Below are positions 45,903 to 56,500 of a DNA stretch of 64,000 nucleotides, in pieces (position 1 is the stretch's first letter; the number at the start of each line of letters is the position of its first letter). Both the position numbers and the translations under genes were made by a program. The DNA comes from an uncultured Rickettsiales bacterium (GTDB lineage Bacteria; Pseudomonadota; Alphaproteobacteria; Rickettsiales; UBA8987). Location of the stretch: positions 120,187 through 184,186 of the forward strand of contig CAZPQM010000003.1 of NCBI GenBank assembly GCA_964588995.1. Reading direction: 5' to 3'. The notes under the pieces are model-generated. The model was not told the DNA's origin. It worked only from the letters and a program-made list of their open reading frames with translations, and made no database searches.

Positions 45903-46258
45903 ATGTTGCTATTATGTCGCATGAGCGTGAGCATTGTAAAGGCGCAGTAATCATAGGCGTCCTGCCAGACGCGATAATACATAGCATCCTGCGCCAAAGT
46001 GCGGTCCAACCGGTAAACATGGGTACGAAATTGCGGCTGCACCAACTCGTTGGTGGAGGAGAGCCCGGACTCGCACCCGTCCATCCAGCCTTTCTGGTAT
46101 TTCGGCGGTCCCTGCGGCGGGCGCAGCTCCATGCTGGTCGGCGTGTATTCCTCCTTCGCCATGCCACGATCGAGCGCGCGCGGTATCATACTGGTGCAAG
46201 CGGTTAAGGTAAATGATAGCAATATTATGGTAAATATTCGGCCAACCATGTACGTCAT
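45899..46258 (-). CDS. small lipoprotein, paralogue A (GW..GC..G / Y..VW.DA..YC family)
   Basis: 119 aa. Lipobox LTAC. YQKGWMDGCESG ... LAQDAMYYRVWQDAYDYC. Confidence 0.6.
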   Translation of the reverse strand: MTYMVGRIFTIILLSFTLTACTSMIPRALDRGMAKEEYTPTSMELRPPQGPPKYQKGWMDGCESGLSSTNELVQPQFRTHVYRLDRTLAQDAMYYRVWQDAYDYCAFTMLTLMRHNSNI

Positions 46259-46527
46259 GTAGCACGAAATTTGGCCGCTGGCTAGTACCTGCTGACAGGA
46301 ATAATCGTGTAGGAAAGAGCACGCAGTATGGTTTTTTTGTCAAAAATCGATTCTACCACCATGGAAATAAATATTTTATAAATATGATAAAATACTGATA
46401 TATAACAAATAACTGGAATGTAGGTTTATAACATTTCCATCATACCAAAAGTGTAAATTGGTGTTGACGTGGCGGTGAGAATATGGATTATGCACACAAC
46501 ATTAACAACATCTTGTAGGGATACAGA

Positions 46528-46872
46528 ATGAGACATACTAAAATCGCCATATCATTTTTCATAACCGCTCTCTTCAGTGTGACAAATGTGCAAGCGCAAG
46601 GGTATCAGGCCGTTCCAAAGGCATATTACAGTCAGCAAAGCACCTCCGGGCTGGATGTTGCGGCAATTGACCGCATGTTGCAGCAGGATACGATGATCGA
46701 TTATCGCCGTATTGTCGTGCCGGCTCCGGCTGAGCAGCCACGCTTTGTCGTTCCAGTACAGCCCCAGCAGGTCGTACAGGCGCAGCCACAAATTCAGGCG
46801 CAGCCACAAATTCAGGCGCAAAACTATTATGCACCGCAGGCAGCCCAGCCGTATCAGCGCTACGGTTGGTAA
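46528..46872 (+). CDS. secreted Gln/Pro-rich repeat protein
   Basis: 114 aa. Signal peptide ending VQA-QG. QPQQVVQAQPQIQAQPQIQAQ repeat. A terminator follows. Confidence 0.55.
   Translation: MRHTKIAISFFITALFSVTNVQAQGYQAVPKAYYSQQSTSGLDVAAIDRMLQQDTMIDYRRIVVPAPAEQPRFVVPVQPQQVVQAQPQIQAQPQIQAQNYYAPQAAQPYQRYGW
46777..46821 (+). repeat. 18-bp tandem repeat (2.5 copies) CAGGCGCAGCCACAAATT
   Basis: Two perfect copies at 46777-46794 and 46795-46812 plus a partial third. They encode QAQPQI units. Confidence 0.85.
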
Positions 46873-46911
46873 GAATGCGTCCATTGCGTTAATCTGAGAC
46901 ATTCTATATGA

Positions 46912-46944
46912 GCGTCCCGAAAAATGCCTTCGGGGCGCTTTTTT
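46912..46944 (+). terminator. rho-independent terminator
   Basis: GCGTCCCGAA-aaatgcc-TTCGGGGCGC (10-bp stem with one G-U) followed by TTTTTT. Confidence 0.7.
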
Positions 46945-46991
46945 ATGTGATTTAAGGCGGAAAAACTGTTACACTAAGTTTCGGAGGGATC

Positions 46992-47390
46992 ATGATCAAC
47001 AACGCTACATCTGTTCCGTTATCGGGATTGCAGGCGGCAAATAAGCAGCTAGCCGCATCGGCGAGTAACACCGCGAATCAGCTTTCGACCACGTCGAACG
47101 TGAATGGTGAATTGAAAGCGGAGCCGTATCGCGCGGTTGAAGTGGTCAATCAATCATTAGACTCACGCGGGGTGCGGAGTGACTTTCGTGAATCTGCCCG
47201 GCCGAACCCGGTTATTTTTCAGCCGGACAATATTGCTGCCGACGAAAACGGGCTGGTTACCCTGCCTAATACTGATCAGGTCAGTGATACGGTCACGCGT
47301 TTGCAGGCTGAGCAATCCTTCCGCGCAAATTTGCAGGTTTTCTCTGCAATTGATGACACTCTGGGTTCGCTGCTCGATCGTAGTGAATAA
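46992..47390 (+). CDS. divergent FlgC-like flagellar rod protein, solitary
   Basis: 132 aa. SGLQAANKQLAASASNTANQLST (cf. FlgC S..RL.V.S.NIANA.ST), EPYRAVEVV (cf. PYRRK.V.F), ADENGLVTLPNTDQVSDTVTRLQAEQSFRANLQVF (cf. AD..G.V..PNVN...EM.....A.R.YEAN). GGAGGG SD. Confidence 0.6.
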   Translation: MINNATSVPLSGLQAANKQLAASASNTANQLSTTSNVNGELKAEPYRAVEVVNQSLDSRGVRSDFRESARPNPVIFQPDNIAADENGLVTLPNTDQVSDTVTRLQAEQSFRANLQVFSAIDDTLGSLLDRSE

Positions 47391-47466
47391 CCACTAAATC
47401 CTTGCCTTTTGGCTCTATAACTCTATACATACACGCAATATTTTAACGTTTAGAACGGGTGTCGCT

Positions 47467-47754
47467 ATGTCTCTTACACAGGCAGACGTGCTGAAAATTG
47501 CGAAATTATCACGTCTTAAAATCGATGATCGGCAAACCAGCGCGATAACAAATGACCTGAACAGTATTTTCAATTGGATTGAGCAGCTTCAGGAAGTCGA
47601 TGTGGAAGACGTACCGGCGATGGCGGGCGTTGGTGATAATATTCAGCGTTTGCGGCATGACGAAGTAACCGATGGTAATATTAAAGACAAAGTGCTTTCC
47701 AACGCGCCAAAATCTGCGTTCGACTGTTATGTTGTGCCGAAAGTGGTGGAGTAA
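47467..47754 (+). CDS. gatC: Asp-tRNA(Asn)/Glu-tRNA(Gln) amidotransferase subunit C
   Basis: 95 aa. DVLKIAKLSRLKIDD...L..IFNWIEQLQEVDV. Confidence 0.9.
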   Translation: MSLTQADVLKIAKLSRLKIDDRQTSAITNDLNSIFNWIEQLQEVDVEDVPAMAGVGDNIQRLRHDEVTDGNIKDKVLSNAPKSAFDCYVVPKVVE

Positions 47755-47757
47755 GTC

Positions 47758-49272
47758 ATGACCGAACTCACGAAACTGACGATTAGCGAGGCCAAGAAAG
47801 GCCTGAAGGCAAATACATTTTCTGCGACTGAACTGACGGAAAGCTACATCGCCGCGATGGAAGCGAATAGAGGCCTCAATGCCTATATCACCGAAACGCC
47901 GGACATCGCGCTGAGTCAGGCAAAACAGGCGGATGAACGCTACGCGAAAGGCGAGGCGAATGGCTTGCTGGACGGTATCCCCATCGCGGTGAAGGATTTA
48001 TTCTGCACGGAGGGCGTCAAAACCACGGCGGCTTCGAAAATACTGGATCATTTCATCCCCCCTTACGAATCGACCGTAACGCAGAATATGTTTGCCGAAG
48101 GCGCGGTGATGCTGGGTAAAACCAACCTCGACCAGTTCGCTATGGGTTCGGGTAATGTGACTTCCTATCACGGCAATGTCATTAACCCTTGGAAAGCGAA
48201 TGACTCCGATAAAGACCTTGTGCCGGGCGGTTCCTCTGGTGGTTCATCGGCTGCTGTCGCGGCGCGCATCGCAGCGGCGGCGCTTGGCACAGATACGGGC
48301 GGCTCAATCCGCCAGCCTGCGGCGTTTACTGGAACCGTGGGCGTCAAACCAACTTATGGGCGCTGCTCACGATTCGGTACGATTGCCTTTGCAAGCTCGC
48401 TCGATCAGGCAGGGCCGATTGCGCGCGATGTGAAAGACGCCGCAACGCTACTTCAGGCGATTAGCGGGTTCGACCCGAACGACTCGACCTCGGCGGATGT
48501 GCCCGTACCACATTGGAGCGAAGAACTCGCGCCCAATGTAAAAGGACTCAAAATCGGTATTCCAAAGGAATATCAAGCGGATGGTATGCCTGCTGAAATT
48601 ACCGAAATGTGGGAAAAATCTGCTGAATGGTTAAAAGAAGCAGGGGCAGAAATTGTCGATATCTCGCTTCCGCATACAAAATACGCACTGGCGACGTATT
48701 ATATTGTTGCGCCGGCAGAGGCCTCCTCCAACCTCGCGCGCTATGACGGGGTGCGCTATGGCCACCGTACGGCAGAAGCGGTGAAAAGCCTTGATGAAAT
48801 GTATGAACTCACCCGCGCGGAAGGGTTTGGCGATGAAGTCAAGCGCCGGATTATGATCGGTACATATGTGCTCTCAGCCGGATATTATGACGCCTATTAC
48901 CGCCGCGCGCAAAAAATCCGCACGCTGATCGCGCGAGATTTTACAAGCGCGTACGAGCAGGTGGATGCGATATTAACGCCGACGACCCCGTCTTCCGCCT
49001 TCGCCATTGGTGAAAATGAAGATGATCCGGTCAAAATGTACTTAAATGACCTCTTTACCGTACCCACCTCGTTGGCAGGCTTGCCCGGCATGAGCGTACC
49101 GGTAGGGCTGGACGCGCGCGGCCTTCCACTAGGCGTGCAAATCATCGGCAAGGCCTTTGATGAGCAAACGATGCTGAATGTCGGTAAGGTAGTGGAAGAG
49201 GCGGCAGGGTTTGCAGCAGTGCCGCAGATAAATGGATTATTAGATGATTCGATGATTAGACAACATGGCTAG
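47758..49272 (+). CDS. gatA: Asp-tRNA(Asn)/Glu-tRNA(Gln) amidotransferase subunit A
   Basis: 504 aa. Amidase signature [13 protein letters not shown]...[12 protein letters not shown]. The last ~16 codons are AT-rich and merge into the inserted gene. Confidence 0.95.
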   Translation: MTELTKLTISEAKKGLKANTFSATELTESYIAAMEANRGLNAYITETPDIALSQAKQADERYAKGEANGLLDGIPIAVKDLFCTEGVKTTAASKILDHFIPPYESTVTQNMFAEGAVMLGKTNLDQFAMGSGNVTSYHGNVINPWKANDSDKDLVPGGSSGGSSAAVAARIAAAALGTDTGGSIRQPAAFTGTVGVKPTYGRCSRFGTIAFASSLDQAGPIARDVKDAATLLQAISGFDPNDSTSADVPVPHWSEELAPNVKGLKIGIPKEYQADGMPAEITEMWEKSAEWLKEAGAEIVDISLPHTKYALATYYIVAPAEASSNLARYDGVRYGHRTAEAVKSLDEMYELTRAEGFGDEVKRRIMIGTYVLSAGYYDAYYRRAQKIRTLIARDFTSAYEQVDAILTPTTPSSAFAIGENEDDPVKMYLNDLFTVPTSLAGLPGMSVPVGLDARGLPLGVQIIGKAFDEQTMLNVGKVVEEAAGFAAVPQINGLLDDSMIRQHG

Positions 49273-49648
49273 TTTTGTATCATCTGCTATGGACCTGGAG
49301 GTGTTTAAGCTGGCGTATGACGTATCGTTGAAAATACATACATTATGTTTACAGTTTCCAAAAGCAGAACAATTTGCACTTTCGAGTCAGATGCGGCGCG
49401 CAAGTAAAGGAATTTGTACAAATATCCTAGAAGGGTTTGCCAAGCAGCCTCATTCCAAAGCCGAGTTTAAACGATTTTTAGTGATTGCCATTGGTAGCGC
49501 AAACGAGATGGTGCTATGGCTTAAATATTGTAAAGACCTGAATTACATAGAAGCTTCTAATGCGGATAGATTATCAAATCAGTATGGACAAATTGCCGCA
49601 ATGCTTCAAAATCTACATCAACGTTCTAGTGAGCAGGTGCCCGCATGA
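49265..49648 (+). CDS. four-helix-bundle protein (23S rRNA intervening-sequence protein family)
   Basis: 127 aa. [46 protein letters not shown]...[10 protein letters not shown] matches the TIGR02436-type family by eye. Overlaps the gatA end (8 nt) and the gatB start (4 nt). Confidence 0.7.
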   Translation: MASFVSSAMDLEVFKLAYDVSLKIHTLCLQFPKAEQFALSSQMRRASKGICTNILEGFAKQPHSKAEFKRFLVIAIGSANEMVLWLKYCKDLNYIEASNADRLSNQYGQIAAMLQNLHQRSSEQVPA

Positions 49649-51135
49649 CTTTATCCAATCATTCAACAATCGAATCATCTAACTATCTAACAGGTAATAC
49701 CGGCGAGTGGGAGGTTGTGATCGGCCTCGAAATACACGCGCAGGTGACCTCAAATTCTAAGCTTTTTTCCGGTGCAGGGGTGGGGTTTGGCGCAGAGCCG
49801 AATCAGAATGTAAGCCTTATAGATGCAGCGATGCCAGGCATGCTGCCGGTGCTAAACGAATATTGCGTAGAACAGGCAGTGCGCACGGGGCTCGGGCTAA
49901 ATGCAAAAATTAACCTCCGCAGCGTCTTTGACCGCAAAAACTATTTTTACGCAGATTTGCCACAAGGCTACCAGATTTCGCAATTTTCTGACCCGATTGT
50001 GGGTGAAGGACTCGTGAAGGTCGATATGCCCGATGGTAGTGTGATTGATTGCGGGATCGAGCGGATTCACCTAGAGCAGGATGCTGGGAAATCAATGCAT
50101 GATCAGTCGCCAACCGAGAGTTATATTGACCTTAACCGTTCAGGCGTGGCGCTGATGGAAATTGTGACCAAGCCGGATCTACGTTCGGCGGAGCAGGCGG
50201 GTGAATTTATGAAAAAACTCCGTTCAATTTTGCGCTATCTCGGCACGTGTGATGCGGATATGGAAAAGGGAAATATGCGCTGTGATGCAAATATTTCGGT
50301 GCGTAAACCGGGTGGAGAGCTTGGAACGCGCAATGAAATCAAAAACTTAAATTCGATTCGCTTCATCATCGCCGCTATAAATTATGAAGCACGACGGCAA
50401 ATTGAGCTGATTGAATCGGGCGGAACGGTTGAACAGGCGACGCGGCTTTATGATACGAGCACAGGCGAAACACGAGTCATGCGCACGAAAGAAGATGCGC
50501 ATGATTACCGCTATTTTCCGGATCCTGATTTGTATCCGCTGGTGATCGAGCAAGCATTTGTCGATGCGATTAACGATAACCTGCCGGAATTACCGGACGA
50601 AAAGCGCGCGCGTTATATGCAGGATTTTGGACTTTCGGCCTATGATGCAAGCGTGTTGGTCGCGGAGCAGGAATCGGCGGCCTATTTCGAACAAGTGGCA
50701 GAAGGAAATGATCCAAAACTTGCGGCAAACTGGGTGACTGCGGAGCTATTTGGAAGGTTAAATAAGGAAAACCTCTCAATTGCGGAAAGTCCAATATCGG
50801 AAGAGCAGCTTTCGGGCATAGTGACACTCATTAGTAACGACACAATTTCGGGCAAAATCGGTAAACAGGTACTCGATTTGATGCTGACGGATGACTTTAA
50901 AGGGCAATCTGCTGAAGCAATCGTGGAGGCGAAAGGCCTTAAGCAGGTAACCGATATGGGTGAGATCGAGAAAATAGTCGATGAAGTGCTCGCGCAAAAT
51001 CATGGTCAGGTAGAAGCCTATAAACAGGGTAAAACCAACCTGCTTGGCTTCTTTGTCGGTCAGGTGATGAAAGCAACCGGCGGTAAGGCCAATCCGAAAG
51101 CGGTAAACGAGCTGCTGCAGCAAAAATTACAATAG
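49645..51135 (+). CDS. gatB: Asp-tRNA(Asn)/Glu-tRNA(Gln) amidotransferase subunit B
   Basis: 496 aa. [39 protein letters not shown], and a YqeY-like C-terminus. Confidence 0.95.
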   Translation: MTLSNHSTIESSNYLTGNTGEWEVVIGLEIHAQVTSNSKLFSGAGVGFGAEPNQNVSLIDAAMPGMLPVLNEYCVEQAVRTGLGLNAKINLRSVFDRKNYFYADLPQGYQISQFSDPIVGEGLVKVDMPDGSVIDCGIERIHLEQDAGKSMHDQSPTESYIDLNRSGVALMEIVTKPDLRSAEQAGEFMKKLRSILRYLGTCDADMEKGNMRCDANISVRKPGGELGTRNEIKNLNSIRFIIAAINYEARRQIELIESGGTVEQATRLYDTSTGETRVMRTKEDAHDYRYFPDPDLYPLVIEQAFVDAINDNLPELPDEKRARYMQDFGLSAYDASVLVAEQESAAYFEQVAEGNDPKLAANWVTAELFGRLNKENLSIAESPISEEQLSGIVTLISNDTISGKIGKQVLDLMLTDDFKGQSAEAIVEAKGLKQVTDMGEIEKIVDEVLAQNHGQVEAYKQGKTNLLGFFVGQVMKATGGKANPKAVNELLQQKLQ

Positions 51136-51171
51136 CCGGATTGCGCGCCATAATAATAAACTAGGATAGGC

Positions 51172-51462
51172 ATGAATTCATCGCAGCCGACGAAAACCGA
51201 ACCGCCAAAACTGTACCAACTGCTGGGTATGGTGGCGTCTCTGATCGCGTGGGTGACGGCCTTTGCAACCTTGCACTTGGCGCATGAAGATAAGCTCGCG
51301 GCCCTGACAGCTTGGGTTGTGGTGCTGGGGTGCTATGGGCTATCTATTATATTTCATAATATTGTTTCGCACTTAAAACTGCTCACCTTTTCACATAAAG
51401 GTATTATGGTAAGTACGGCCTTTATGTATATCCCTATGATGCTGTTTTATGCACTATGGTAG
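51172..51462 (+). CDS. hypothetical membrane protein
   Basis: 96 aa with three predicted hydrophobic helices. No recognisable family. Confidence 0.4.
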   Translation: MNSSQPTKTEPPKLYQLLGMVASLIAWVTAFATLHLAHEDKLAALTAWVVVLGCYGLSIIFHNIVSHLKLLTFSHKGIMVSTAFMYIPMMLFYALW

Positions 51463-51536
51463 CGATTGAACGGTGATCATAAAATAAAAGATGAGTATAA
51501 ACAACAGGTTAATACTAAAACGTTTCGCTGATAGTT

Positions 51537-51878
51537 ATGAAAAATAAAGAGGGGACCATAAAGCGGGTATTTCAGGGCCATATGCCCCTAATCCGCATTT
51601 TCTGGTGGGGTGGCATCGTGCTACACTGGCTAGTGCCCATTGCTGCTGCCGCGCTTATGCTCCTGCTGTTCCTGCCGGGTGAGAATGAACTGGTCTATTT
51701 CTATACCGGCATCTACATCCTGTTTTTCCATGCCATCTATATCGTGCTGGTGATGAAAAATCGTCATAATCGCAGCGCACGGGGGATGCCTGCTTTCTCA
51801 GCTATTGTGCTGGTGGGCTGGCCGATCTACTGTGTGCTTGCCGGATTAACCTATTATTTTACCCGAGGGGCCGCCTGA
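51537..51878 (+). CDS. hypothetical membrane protein
   Basis: 113 aa with three hydrophobic helices. No recognisable family. Confidence 0.4.
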   Translation: MKNKEGTIKRVFQGHMPLIRIFWWGGIVLHWLVPIAAAALMLLLFLPGENELVYFYTGIYILFFHAIYIVLVMKNRHNRSARGMPAFSAIVLVGWPIYCVLAGLTYYFTRGAA

Positions 51879-51879
51879 T

Positions 51880-52794
51880 ATGACCTACCAACTGATAAGC
51901 GCGATGTCTGAAATTGCGGACCGCTATGATGCCTATATCATTGATTTATGGGGTGTATTGCACGATGGTATGCAGCCTTATCCGGGAGCAAAAGAGGCGC
52001 TTGAAGCGTTACGCCAGCAGAATAAGGAAGTGATTTTATTGTCGAATGCGCCCAGACGCGCAGTGAAAGCCGAACAGCGGCTGAATGAGCTGGGATTTGG
52101 CACAGAGTTATATGACTATGTTGTCACGAGTGGAGAATTGACTTACCGCTACCTGACCGAAGAGTATAAGCAGGCGCTGTCACAGGTGCTGAACGCTACC
52201 ACCGGGCAGGCGGAAGGTAAGTATGGCCTGAATTATTTTTATATTGGCCCGGAAAAGGACCTCGATTTACTGCATGGGGGCGGCTTTAACCGGGTGGAAA
52301 CGGCGATGGAAGCGGATTTCGCGCTGGTTACCGGGTTTGATGCCTTCGGGGATGAGATGGAGACAAAACTGCCTTTTATGCAGGAGGCGCTTGCGGCAAA
52401 ATTAACGTTATATTGCGCTAATCCGGATATGAAAGTGGTCAATCAGCAAGGACAGACGATGCTTTGCGCCGGGCGTCTCGGTGAATGGTACCAGCAGCAG
52501 GATGGTAAGGTCGAGTTTTTCGGCAAACCGCATAGTGGTGCTTACCGTGCCTGTATGGAGTTGCTTCATGTGACGGATTCTGCCCGGATGGTGGCGGTTG
52601 GTGACTCCTTACACACGGATGTTGCAGGTGCACGAGGCGCTGGGATCGACAGTGTGTTCTGCGCCGCGGGAATCCATCTGGATGAAGTTGTTATGGGTGC
52701 ATGGGGTGATAACCCATCGGCAGAGAGGCTGGAGGCGTTATTCAACGAATACCGTATCACACCAACCTACGTTATGCCATCATTTTCTATTTGA
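51880..52794 (+). CDS. HAD-superfamily hydrolase, subfamily IIA
   Basis: YDAYIIDLWGVLHDG (DxxG-type motif I), LLSNAPR, VGDSLHTDVAGA. Confidence 0.75.
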   Translation: MTYQLISAMSEIADRYDAYIIDLWGVLHDGMQPYPGAKEALEALRQQNKEVILLSNAPRRAVKAEQRLNELGFGTELYDYVVTSGELTYRYLTEEYKQALSQVLNATTGQAEGKYGLNYFYIGPEKDLDLLHGGGFNRVETAMEADFALVTGFDAFGDEMETKLPFMQEALAAKLTLYCANPDMKVVNQQGQTMLCAGRLGEWYQQQDGKVEFFGKPHSGAYRACMELLHVTDSARMVAVGDSLHTDVAGARGAGIDSVFCAAGIHLDEVVMGAWGDNPSAERLEALFNEYRITPTYVMPSFSI

Positions 52795-52816
52795 AACAGT
52801 GAGTTAACAGCCCATT

Positions 52817-53410
52817 TTAGCGTAGCGCATCCTCCAGCATCGCAGGCGTAATCGCGCCTTCACGCAGGATCGTAAACCGATCCCCTTCGAGCCGAACCAC
52901 CGTCGAGGGTTGCTCCGAAAAGGGCCGTGTGACGGGGGCAATAGCGGCCAACCCATCGCCAAATTCTTCCGCTATGGCCTCTGCCGTCAGGAGAGGCGAC
53001 TTGCCAGCCCGGTTGGCGCTGCTCGCAGCTACCGGCTTACCGTATTTTTGCAATAGTTCCGCCAGCTCCGGATAGTCGGGAATGCGGATGCCGACCGTTC
53101 CACCTTCGCCGATCAGCCTTGCGTCGAGATTCGCCTCCTTTTTGACCGGCAAAATCAATGTCAAAGGGCCGGGGAAAAACTGTTCGGCAATACGCTCGGC
53201 CTCGGATGAAAAAACGGCGATTTCCTTGGCATTTTCGACGGTATCGACCATAATCTGCGAGGGCTTATTATCGCGTTCTTTCAACTTGTAGAGATGGTCT
53301 ATAGCATCTTTGGACGCTGCATCGGCCATCAACCCATATACCGTCTCGGTCGGATGGGCAATAACCTTCTGATATGTAAGCGCTTTAAGATAATCTATCA
53401 TCATGTGCAT
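52817..53410 (-). CDS. tsaC: L-threonylcarbamoyladenylate synthase (YrdC/TsaC type)
   Basis: 197 aa. IAHPTETVYGLMADA, KERDNKPSQIMV, FFPGPLTLIL, RIP..P, SSANRAG. Confidence 0.85.
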   Translation of the reverse strand: MHMMIDYLKALTYQKVIAHPTETVYGLMADAASKDAIDHLYKLKERDNKPSQIMVDTVENAKEIAVFSSEAERIAEQFFPGPLTLILPVKKEANLDARLIGEGGTVGIRIPDYPELAELLQKYGKPVAASSANRAGKSPLLTAEAIAEEFGDGLAAIAPVTRPFSEQPSTVVRLEGDRFTILREGAITPAMLEDALR

Positions 53411-53424
53411 ATTTATAGCACCCC

Positions 53425-53439
53425 TTAACGATTTATTAA
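53425..53439. promoter_or_regulatory. CtrA-box-like motif TTAA-cgattta-TTAA(ac)
   Basis: Perfect TTAA-N7-TTAA in the divergent tsaC / giant-ORF intergenic region, 77-91 nt upstream of ATG 53516. A chance match in AT-rich DNA is possible. Confidence 0.3.
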
Positions 53440-53515
53440 ACCTTTAGTGGTACACTGTAGCTATGAGGCAAGAGATATACGTTAATAGCATTAATTTTAG
53501 ACAAGTTGTAGATTT

Positions 53516-56500
53516 ATGAACGCTCCAACGACCGCACAACTCTTTAAAGCCCAGAAACGTCAGGCGGAAAATATATTCGAGGACGTTATGAACCGCTCGA
53601 AAGGGGTGGATGTCGATGCTGAGCATAAAGCGTTCATGGAACGGTTTTTTAATCAAACGGATCGTATCTCACACGCCAGTGGTTTAGGTTTTCAGCGGGA
53701 TAAATGGTTTGCTAACAGTGGGATGGGTGCAGTCACCGGCGCTGATCAGTATGACGTCGTTCCACTTGCACAAAAATTCCCTTCCATGCACCGAGATGCG
53801 ACAAGGAACTATTACACATATGCGCCTGTGGCGGGCGATCTAATTGAACGTTATAAAGAAATGTACGTTACCGCGCCGGCGGAAGGGCTGATTGACGCAC
53901 GGAAAGAAGGTCGCGCTTCACAGCGCCATTTCCGCCTGGGGGTGGAAAGTGTGCCGGAGGGTGTATATGCAAACTCTTATTTAATGAATATGAACTTGGT
54001 GAAGCTGGCAGCAGATGGCAAGCAGTTTACCGTTAAATATGAGCGGGATGAATGGGGCAACCAGTTGAAAGTGCAAAAAAAGCTGGCTTTTACAGAACAG
54101 GAAGCGGCAGAGGCGGTAGCAGAGGCGATGCAAACCGCAGACTTTTTATTGGAAAACTATAAGAGCATTTTTTCGGACGTTCGCGTCGATGGCCAGGCAC
54201 TGCCGGATCGGATTGAAAATCTCGATCAGTTACAGGCAATGGTGGATAAGGCAAAAAAAGAGGTGAAGAATAGTGAGTTTGCTAACGATTCGGATAACTA
54301 TAAAAAGGCTATGAAGGCCTTAGCTCAGGTCGAAGTGCCCTGGAGTAAGGTGGTGCATTATTGGAAGAAGGTAAAACCGGAGCGAAATGCAACGATAGTC
54401 GCCGGTGTAACCTCGACCGGAGACATGGAGGCGCATATTGAGAAATATGGAACGTCAGCCTATCAGGAAATTCCCCGTTCTAATCTGCTTGCCCCGCAAT
54501 CTGTGGTGCGTAACTCGGAGAGAGCGTTTACCCGTTCGATTGTGGAGCAGTTGGCGGACGTAAGACAAAAAAGTAATGAGGAATTTGAAAAAAAGTTAGC
54601 AGAATTAGGCGGCAAAGTTACCTATAATGATCAAAAGAATCTCTATACGGTACGTCTGCGAGGTGGAAAGCTGTTAATGGATGTATATGCAGAACCACTT
54701 GCGAAAGATTTTATACAAAACTCAGAGGACGATACTGAAACAAAATACAAAAGAGGTAAAGATCATCGGACCGAGATTGTCAGTATCCGCGAGCTCAAAG
54801 CCGAAATAGCCCGTTCAATGCCGAAGTTTCAGCATGGGCAAAATGCGAATAGCACCACGGAGATCGTACACTCGCAGCGTTCCTGGGATATTTACGAGGT
54901 AGCAAGAGACGAAGCAGGTAAGTGGGGTATGCAGGCAAAGGACTGGGTGCATGTAGCCGGGTTGCCGATGGATCCGGCAGCGCGTGAACGGCTGCGTTTT
55001 GATCCGTATGCCGGGCTGGAATTCCGTATGGAGGCGCTTAAGCATGCGGAAGGCACGAAAGAATATAAACACAACATGGAACGCTATAAACAGGCCTTTT
55101 TACGGAAAAATCTCGGGTTTCTTACCAATTTTAAAGACGAACAAACCGGCGAATTATCCAACGATCACAACGATTTCCCTAAGACAAAAAAAGAAGCGGT
55201 ACGCTTAAAAAAGCAAGGCGAACTTCCGAAAGATTACGATGAAGAGCTCAACAACGCGGATTTACAAAAGAAATTATGGAATAAGTGGCAGGAGATGACG
55301 CAGGATGTCGATTTTTCACAGGATAAGGAGGAAGTGAAAAAGGCATTGAAAGGGCGTGCCTTTGGCCCGAATCCGAATGAAACCTATCAGCCTGGTGATC
55401 AAGTGGACCTATACCCTACCTATTACCACGATTATTTGCTTCATGTCTGGAACCATCCCATGAACGCCAAGCTGAGTTTGACCCACTATGGTGAGATCTC
55501 GCTTAGTAATAATCCTCCGTTGGTAGTTAATCGACATGGCGAGATGAAGCAGGCAAAGCCGATGCAGGAGGTCCGGCTGTACCATCCCAGCTTTGGCAAC
55601 TACCTATATGAACACTCAACGGGCGATGTAACCCACTCGTCCATGGGAGGAAGGGCGTTTGGCGGTGGCAATATCAAGGCGTTTGGTACATTTGGGCATG
55701 CTTATATTCACGACAAGTATATGATGGATTATATTAAACAATACAATCCTTTTAAAAATAAACGTGCTAAAGATTATTTTACCGACCACGAGCGCTGGGC
55801 GCCGGAGACTTTTACGGATGCTTCCGAAAATCTGAATACCAGACTGATTGAAGAAGCGACCAAGCTCAGTAGATATATTTTCAAGTATGAGTTGGCCAGT
55901 ACGACGGCAGATGACGCATTACCTCGAATAAGGGCGGCTAAAATCATGGCTGACACTCATCGGGAGCTCACCCTTTCGTTTAAAAATATGGGGTCGGCCG
56001 TTGCGCGTTTTGTAGGTGGCGGTGTGCTAGGTGCCGGGTTGACTGTCGGAGCGTCCGTAGTGGGCGGGTTTGCGCTGACCACGGTCGGCTTTGCGGCGAC
56101 GGCAGTGGTAGCACCTATAGCGGGCGTGATTGCCGGTGCCAAGATGATGAAAAATTATGCGGAAACCCGGTTTGTCGACTTACATGATTTCGAACGGCAA
56201 TCGAAGAGTGATGTATGGCAGATATATGAGAACCGGGTACGGGACGGAGGCCTTTTCGGTCTGGAGGCGCTTAAACAGGATGCATCACTTTTTTTAAGAG
56301 CGCTCAGGAAACTAGCGTATCAGCATAACTATATGCGGACCGGTATTGAGAGTACGGACACCGTTGGGCGTTTAAGCTTATTAGCAGGTGGAGTGTTTTT
56401 CGCCGGAGCAATTACGGCTGCAGCTACCTCCTACCTGGCGGTAGCCGCCGTACCTATTTTGCTGGCGGCAGGTGTAGTATCTTCAGCGGTTGGTGCTACG

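Noticed and set aside
45778-46343. Overlapping ORFs 45778..46167, 45951..46343, 45914..46207 and 46050..46262 that compete with the two lipoprotein genes.
   Set aside because: The lipoprotein frames have lipoboxes, mutual paralogy with conserved Cys and Trp motifs, and coupled ATGA/GTGA junctions. The alternatives are Arg/Pro/Ala-rich with no signals.
46464-46491. Possible sigma-70 promoter TTGACG-N16-GATTAT upstream of the secreted repeat protein gene.
   Set aside because: The -10 matches only 4/6 and there is no supporting evidence. It is mentioned for completeness but not listed as a feature.
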